Positions 17,703 through 23,477 of a stretch of 23,477 nt of DNA are shown here, one piece after another. The stretch covers positions 1 through 23,477 of the forward strand of contig NW_021836563.1 of assembly GCF_006345805.1 (NCBI RefSeq), written 5' to 3'. A program made the position numbers and the translations under genes. How positions within the stretch are numbered: the first letter of the stretch is position 1; the number at the start of each line of letters is the position of its first letter. The notes under the pieces were generated by a model. It was not told where the DNA came from, ran no database searches, and worked only from the letters and a program-made list of their open reading frames with translations. The DNA is from Octopus sinensis. Taxonomy: Eukaryota.

Positions 17703-19883
17703 CTAGTTTGTGAATCCACCTCTGATACGTGGCACTTGATCAACAAGGGAGTTCGATGCTGCTGCCCGCATCCGTGTCTCCTGTCGTGAGGTAGGTTCAT
17801 CTGGGACTCCCAACAAGAAGAGATCCAGTTTAGTTTTAAAGAAACCCACATCCACACCATGTAAGTCTCTCAGGCATTTAGGGAGGATGTTAAAGAGCTG
17901 TGGTCCTCTGAAACCCAAGCTGTTGCAGTATCTGGACCTGTATTTTGATGGTGATGTTGGAATCCTTGGCACCACGCAGCGGCGCCCCGTTCTGCGGTTG
18001 GAGTAACTTTGAATGCCAAAGTTTGGGACAAGACCCTCCAGGATTTTCCAGATGTATATCACTGCATATCTCTCCCGCCTCCGCTCCAGGGAGAAGAGGT
18101 TTAATACCTTCAGTCTTTCCCAGTAGCTGACATTGAGACGATTTTCTTTGTGTAGCTTCTCTGAGTTGCTTCGAGTTCTGCTGTTTGTTTTATATTGTGT
18201 GGTGACCAAAGTTGGGAGCAGTAGTCCAAGCGGCTGAGGACAAATGTTTTCCATAGGACCATCAGTGTCTCCTTCTCTCTTGTTCTGAAAGTTCGGAGAA
18301 TCCATCCAGCTAGCCGTCTGCATTTTATCACCAGATTAGCAATATGCATCATTGCTCATGTCAATGCCCAGGTCACGCACTGATTTTGACTCAGGGATTG
18401 CAATTCTTCCTGGGCCAGTGTATCCAGTCTTCACGTCATTTACCTTTGTGTGCCAGTAGCGCAGGGCCTGGAACTTACCTGCATTAAACTGCATGTTGTT
18501 GTCCTCAGCCCACCTGTATATTGTGTCCAGCTCATGTTGCAGATGCGCAATATTTTCAGGGTTTTGTATTGCGTGGGAGACTTTTGTGTCATCTGCATAG
18601 CTAGCAAGGGTGGTCATCGTAGCAACTGAAGGCATGTCTGAAAGGGCCACTATGAACATCAGTGGCCCCAAGACAGTGCCCTGTGGGACACCGCTTGTTA
18701 TTTGCGTTTCCCTGGAGGTGGCTCCATTGCTCACAACTGCCTGTTTTCTGTCTTTTAGGAAGTTGTGCAGCCACTCTCCAAGTTTCCCGCCTATGCCGAG
18801 ACACGCAGTTTGTGACAGATCATACCATGGTCGACTTTATCAAAGGCTTTTGCAAAGTCAAGATATATTACATCCACATTTGAGCCATTTAGTAGCTGTT
18901 TCAACACCCAGTCATAGTGTTGCAGGAGCTGTGTTAGGCAGCCTCTACCTGGTCGAAATCCATGCTGGGTGTCAGACAGTAAGTCATTTTCTTCAAGGAA
19001 CATGATTAGTTTCTTACGGACTATTCGTTCCATGACTTTGCTGATGTGTGAGGTCAGAGAGATAGGCCTATAATTTTTAGCATCTGCTCTGCTACCTCCC
19101 TTATGGATAGGGCATATTACCCCCTCTTTCAGTTTGACTGGGAGCTTACCACTTGCAAGAAAGCTCTGAAAAAGAAGCTGTAGCGGTTTTGCAAGGGCTC
19201 GTTTGCACGATTGAGAAGGATCGCTGGGAATCCATCAGGTCCAGCAGCTGAGTTTGTGTCAATCTCATCAATGGCTAGTGTGATATCATCTTCTTCGATG
19301 TTGATGTACTCAATTTTTGTCTCTTTGGCCGCTGGTAAAGTGGCAAAGAATTCTTCTGGGTTGTTTACTTGCCTGTGTCCTAGAGGTGTAGTGAACACAC
19401 TTTGGAACTGTTCGTTCAGTATTTCACTTATCCTCGTGGGATTTCCTGTGAGAGAGCCATCTTTTTGGAAGAGAGGTCCTATTCTCTGGTGCACTGTGGC
19501 TGTCTCTTTGGCAAACTTAAAGAAAGCTTTAGGGTTTGATTTTATATTTTCTATTACCCAAGCTTCTTTATCTGCTCTCTCCTTTTCATGGGACTGATGT
19601 AGACTTTTCTCAGTTTCTTTCGAGCCGAGACTTCTCACCACTTTTGGTGTGCTTGCTCAGGCGGTTTGCAATCCTTGTCCGTCGTCTCATAAGAATCCTC
19701 CTTTCTCTAGGGATCCTGTTTTTGTTCTTGTGTGTGCTGGCCCTGCACATTGGGACATATTTGTCACATATGGCTTGTATTATGGACATGAAGTGTTTGT
19801 GTTTCATGTTTATGTCCGGTGTGGAGAGACATTCAGGCCAATCTTGTTTGAGGATCTCTTTCTCAATCGACTTCCAGTTGGCT
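17703..19883 (-). pseudogene. Remainder of LINE ORF2 (RT and C-terminal domain), at least six frameshifts or small deletions
   Basis: Consecutive ORF fragments 19610-19807, 19129-19641, 18791-19033, 18336-18734, 18110-18352 and 17703-18323 concatenate into one RT protein. Confidence 0.9.
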
Positions 19884-21515
19884 TTATGAAAGTTTAAGTT
19901 GGAGAGATGGTAGGTGCTTCGTATAGGCTGTGTGTCTATACATAGACAGCTCTATTATGTTGTGATCCGAGATCATTGTCGGCATCACATTAACATTATG
20001 GATAATATCCATATTGTTTGTGAAGCAGAGATCCAGTATATTATCTGCCCTTGTTGGTTGCAGAACTATTTGCTCCATGAAAGAGGTATTTGTGAGATGG
20101 AGCAGGGACTCCACCTGTGCCTGCTGATGGTGTGTCATCCCTGGGAGCATCTGCCCCCCAGGCCATTCCACATTGGGGAGGTTAAAGTCACCCATGAAGA
20201 ATACACTGTTGTGCTGTTCAAGGTTGGTGAGGACTTCTCCTATTTTTGTTAGGCAGTCTTCAAACATGCCTGAGTGTTTTGGGGCGTCTGGTGGGCGATA
20301 TGTAGTGCATATGACGATATTCAGTTGTCTTATGTGTACAATTTGAGTTTCACATACTGAGTTTGAATATGACAGCAGGACCTGGGGCGTGAGGTCATCT
20401 CGGATGTACATTGCAACTCCACCATGGCTCCTCCCTTTTCTATCTGTGCGTATGACTGCATATTGCGGCATGTGTATTTCTGCATCACCTATATCGGGTT
20501 CAAGATGCGTTTCTGTGAGTGCCATGCATATAGCTTGATTGCATGTCACAAGGTCTCTCAGGAATGAAATTTTCTTTTTACAGTTTCCGCGCAGCAGCCC
20601 TCCTACATTCAGTAGAAATATTTTTGTGGTGTGTGTTGGTGTTGGTGTCTGTGGTGGCCATCCTGCATCTGTTGGAGGTGGCCTTATGTGGTGGTAGTTC
20701 CAGCTTTGTGCTTGTAGCCAGGTCAGCTGCTGAACAATTTTTTGTGCCATGCACAAAAAAGACTGCTGTTCAGCTGCCGCCCTTCTCACATCTGGGTGAA
20801 GCTGGCCACCTGTTGGGTTTCCGCGCACCACATCTGCATACCGTCTTTCAGTAGTGGTCAGTGCGCTTTTTTCCCTTTTAACTTTTTGTTTTTGTTTTTG
20901 TTCTCCCTGAGGGAGGGACCTCTGTCTCGCGTCCGTGCGGTTTTGGTAGGGCCTCCGATGTGCAAAGCGACAGTTTGCACCTTCAACGCCGTACCAGCAG
21001 TCCCCCCTCAGGTAGAATTTGCAGGTGTTTCTTTCCCTGCCCTTACAGTTTTTGCTGGGGTCCCTCTGCTTTCTCTGGACAGGGCTTCCTTTAGCCTTGA
21101 TTCTGTCACCCTTTACCTCCTGCTTCCCATCAATTCCAGGGTGCCTTTCCTTTCTTGCGGCCATCGCACCTCTTTGGTCTTCAGTTGTGGTGTTGGAAGC
21201 TGGACATGTGTCATCGTTTCCCTGTGTTCCAGGCTTCTCCATTTGGCTCTGGATGCTTTCCTCATCCTTTTGGCCTCCCTCCCTCCTCCCTGCTGCCGTC
21301 ACCTCCCAGGATGATGTCCAGGGTGTCACATGTTGCCTGATTAGAGCGTACGAACGGATAACTTCTCTCTTCTTTCGCTCTATCTGGGCGGTGGTTCTCG
21401 AAAAATTGTTGCTTTTCAGCGCCGCAGCAATAATGTCGTTCGGCGAGTCGTCCTCAGCGATCCTCCAAGCGCGGACGAACAATTGCACCTCTCTCGCAGA
21501 CCAGTTTCTTGCCAT
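19884..21515 (-). CDS. LINE ORF1 (N-terminal Myb/SANT-like helix motif, CCCH zinc finger) running in frame into the APE endonuclease, 543 aa
   Basis: WSAREVQLFVRAW...RTTAQIERK resembles a trihelix/Myb-like motif (inferred). CKFYLRGDCWYGVEGANCRFAH is a CCCH finger. APE motifs follow. Ends at a frameshift-induced stop. Confidence 0.75.
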   Translation of the reverse strand: MARNWSAREVQLFVRAWRIAEDDSPNDIIAAALKSNNFSRTTAQIERKKREVIRSYALIRQHVTPWTSSWEVTAAGRREGGQKDEESIQSQMEKPGTQGNDDTCPASNTTTEDQRGAMAARKERHPGIDGKQEVKGDRIKAKGSPVQRKQRDPSKNCKGRERNTCKFYLRGDCWYGVEGANCRFAHRRPYQNRTDARQRSLPQGEQKQKQKVKREKSALTTTERRYADVVRGNPTGGQLHPDVRRAAAEQQSFLCMAQKIVQQLTWLQAQSWNYHHIRPPPTDAGWPPQTPTPTHTTKIFLLNVGGLLRGNCKKKISFLRDLVTCNQAICMALTETHLEPDIGDAEIHMPQYAVIRTDRKGRSHGGVAMYIRDDLTPQVLLSYSNSVCETQIVHIRQLNIVICTTYRPPDAPKHSGMFEDCLTKIGEVLTNLEQHNSVFFMGDFNLPNVEWPGGQMLPGMTHHQQAQVESLLHLTNTSFMEQIVLQPTRADNILDLCFTNNMDIIHNVNVMPTMISDHNIIELSMYRHTAYTKHLPSLQLKLS

Positions 21516-21521
21516 TTTCTT

Positions 21522-21550
21522 CTAGTGAAATATAGGAACAGAGAGAGAGA
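21522..21550 (-). promoter_or_regulatory. Strong splice-acceptor-like site 6 nt upstream of the LINE ORF1 ATG
   Basis: Minus strand TCTCTCTCTCTGTTCCTATATTTCACTAG|AAGAAAATGGCA, with AG at 21523-21522, preceded by ~800 nt of pyrimidine-rich sequence. Confidence 0.5.
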
Positions 21551-22345
21551 TAGAGAAGGAGAGATATGGAGAGGGAGAAGAGAAAGGAGAAAAGCCAGGG
21601 GGGGATAGAGAGAGAGACGAGGGGATTGTCCTGAGAGAAGAGAGAAAGAGAGAAAATAAGAGGGAAAAAAGAGAAAGGTGAAAGAATGGCAGGTCAGCAG
21701 GGGGAGAGTGAGCGGGATAGAGGTGTAGTAGAAAGGGACAGGGTGGAAAAGTGAGACAAGAGGGTGGACCCTAGGGGGAGCAGGGAGAAGAAAGGCGGAG
21801 AGATAAAATGGAGAGAAAGAGAGAGAATGGAATGGAGGGAGAGAGAGAGAGGGCAGGATAGAGGTACCAGGGAGTGAAGTAAAGGGACAGAGAGGGTGGT
21901 GTGGAGGAAGGAGACAGAGAGAGGAAAAAAGAGACAGGGGGTGGTGAGCCTTAGAGGGAACAGGGAGAGGAAAGGTAGGAAGAAAAAAGGGGGAAGAGGA
22001 AGAGAGGGGGCGCAACAGAGTGTAGTAAAGGGACAGGGAGGGTGGTGTAGAGAAAGAAATAAGGGGACAGAAGGGGAAGAGGAAAAGGGGTTTGACCTGT
22101 GAAGGAGCGGAGAGGAAAGAGCAGAGAGAGGGAGGGGAGTAAAAGAGAGAGAGAGAGAGAAAGAGGGCGGTATATAGATACAAGAGAGAATGAGTGAAGT
22201 TGAGGAACTGAGAGAGGGGGTGAGGTGAGGAAAGTTGATCTGAGAGAGATGCAGAAAGAGAAACGATTGCAGAGGGAGAGAGGGAGGAGGGGAGAGTGAG
22301 AGCGGAAATAGAGGTCTGGTGGATGGGGAGACAGATAAGGTATAA
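21536..22345. repeat. Purine-rich (GA/GGA) low-complexity tract
   Basis: Direct reading. Pyrimidine-rich on the minus strand. Confidence 0.9.
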
Positions 22346-22347
22346 AC

Positions 22348-22656
22348 TGTATGAGAGAGATAGAAATAGAAATGTAAGAAAGAGAGGGAGAGATTATAAG
22401 ATAGAATAGCGCGTATTTTTATATCTTTTTAATTATTATTTTCTGTTTGAAAGAACACTAATGATAACAAATAATAAAAATGTATGAGAGAGATAGAAAT
22501 AGAAATGTAAGAAGAGAAAGAGAGAGTGCGTGGCAGGCACGGAGGACGAAATTATAAAGATTATAAAGATAGAATACCGCGTATTTTTATATCTTATATC
22601 TTTTTTTTAATTTTTTTCTGTTTGAAAGAACACTAATGATAACAAAATAAATAATA
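22348..22656. repeat. Imperfect tandem duplication (22348-22480 / 22481-22656)
   Basis: Both copies start TGTATGAGAGAGATAGAAATAGAAATGTAAGAA and contain CGCGTATTTTTATATCTT and TTTTCTGTTTGAAAGAACACTAATGATAACAAA. Confidence 0.88.
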
Positions 22657-22690
22657 TCTTACCTTACCGGCTGAGAGAGTACTTACGTGA
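22657..22690 (-). promoter_or_regulatory. Cluster of three splice-donor-like sites
   Basis: Minus strand CAC|GTAAGT (GT at 22686-22685), CCG|GTAAGG (22667) and AAG|GTAAGA (22662). Confidence 0.4.
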
Positions 22691-23175
22691 TTCCTTTTTA
22701 TAAGAAAGGAAGATAGATAGACAAGACAGACCTTTTATATTCCTCCCCAAGCGCACTTTGTAAACAAAAGGGTTTGAGTTTCGATTAGCACATGCAACAG
22801 TTTGACGATACTTTCTATATTTTCCTAAGCGATTTGGTATTAAGCAGCAAATTTTCAGAGGCTTTTTTCAGAACACGCAGATATACATCAAAAACGAAAA
22901 TATCCTCTCAAAATACTGTGTCTTGTTGATTCACAGACGAAGAATAAATTCACTTCGATTTCGGGAAGTACACACGTGCGTTTTAACAGTGTATTCGCGA
23001 GTTGTTCTAGTTGCAAATACTATTTCAAAGCGAAAATATTCTTCTCAAATACAGTGACTTGTTGTACTATCACTTATATTCGCTTTGCAGACAATTCGCT
23101 TCTGATAACATCGACTCTGGAAGGACTTCTTTAATATTTAGGAGAGACACGTTAACACACTTGTTGTTAGTTCAG

Positions 23176-23184
23176 CGCCATCTT
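23176..23184 (-). promoter_or_regulatory. YY1-type motif AAGATGGCG at the edge of the unique region (candidate transcription start or LINE 5' end)
   Basis: Exact AAGATGGCG on the minus strand immediately inside the terminal microsatellite. YY1 sites of this form mark the 5' end of human L1 and many promoters. Confidence 0.35.
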
Positions 23185-23477
23185 GATATATATACACCAT
23201 ACACATAGTACACATACCAAACACATATTCACAATATATAATATATAGATAAACTATTATATAAATACCCATATATGATATATACACACATATATATATA
23301 TATACCCACACCGACACATACACCACATATATAATATCTACATTATTACATACATATACCACATACTCACACACACATTATAATATACATACATACAAAT
23401 ACCATACTTATATATAGATACATACACATACACATGCACATACGTATAAACTCTACATACCCACATATACATAAACA
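23185..23477. repeat. Compound AC/AT-rich microsatellite
   Basis: Direct reading. Confidence 0.9.

Larger units (their letters stand above)
17625..21521 (-). mobile_element. CR1-group (CR1/L2/Crack/Daphne-like) LINE, 3'-complete with both ORFs, decayed; may extend to ~23185
   Basis: ORF1-like region, APE endonuclease (LNVGGL, LTETHL, GGVAMYI, GDFNLP, LDLCF, SDHN) and RT (AGPDG, NYRPISL, QHGFR, YLDFAKAFDKV, GVPQGTVLGP, YADD). C-terminal SLERRRERY...WKILEG...FKTKLDLFL. Short 3' UTR with stem-loop and (TTTTTAAGGA)2 tail at 17625-17647. Confidence 0.92.

Noticed and set aside
15799-17860. Numerous 60-216 aa ORFs on both strands
   Set aside because: Low-complexity translations of AC/AT microsatellites.
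17703-19883. Frameshifts as pure long-read assembly errors hiding an intact LINE
   Set aside because: Some are homopolymer indels, but others are multi-base deletions at microhomologies (e.g. near 18345 and 18130), which indicates real decay.
19211-21525. Plus-strand ORFs overlapping the LINE (e.g. 20742-21314, 21019-21525), and likewise 1610-2815 over the Dong element
   Set aside because: Antisense shadows of the retrotransposon coding frames with no independent motifs.
21416-22183. 255-aa Leu/Ser/Pro/Phe-rich ORF upstream of ORF1
   Set aside because: Translation of the CT-rich low-complexity tract. It is not in frame with ORF1 and has no domain content.

Overview
Repeat-dense, AT-rich eukaryotic window, most likely from an octopus or other coleoid cephalopod. 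That assignment is inferred from my recollection of its tRNA-derived SINE families and from the extreme microsatellite load. No intact host gene is present. Main contents: (1) a 5'-complete but decayed R4/Dong-type non-LTR retrotransposon (1-3365, minus) next to a (TAA)n tract, plus three short R4-type 3' fragments from different subfamilies; (2) a single-coding-exon gene of about 730 codons for an uncharacterised signal-peptide, multi-pass membrane protein (3875-6066, minus), broken by one in-frame stop and one frameshift; (3) several SINEs; (4) five hammerhead-ribozyme-like motifs between 9250 and 14229, all with palindromic stem III, the best with an intact core inside a 432-bp unit present as about 1.24 tandem copies (retrozyme/Penelope-like); (5) an unexplained ~1.9-kb very AT-rich block; (6) a ~1.7-kb fold-back palindrome centred on a (TA)n tract; (7) a decayed CR1-group LINE (17625-21521, minus). 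The 3' end of that LINE matches the SINE tails, and its upstream region looks like a promoter/exon plus an intron spliced 6 nt before ORF1. Most short ORFs in the supplied track are microsatellite or antisense artefacts. All structures were read by eye; no searches were run.
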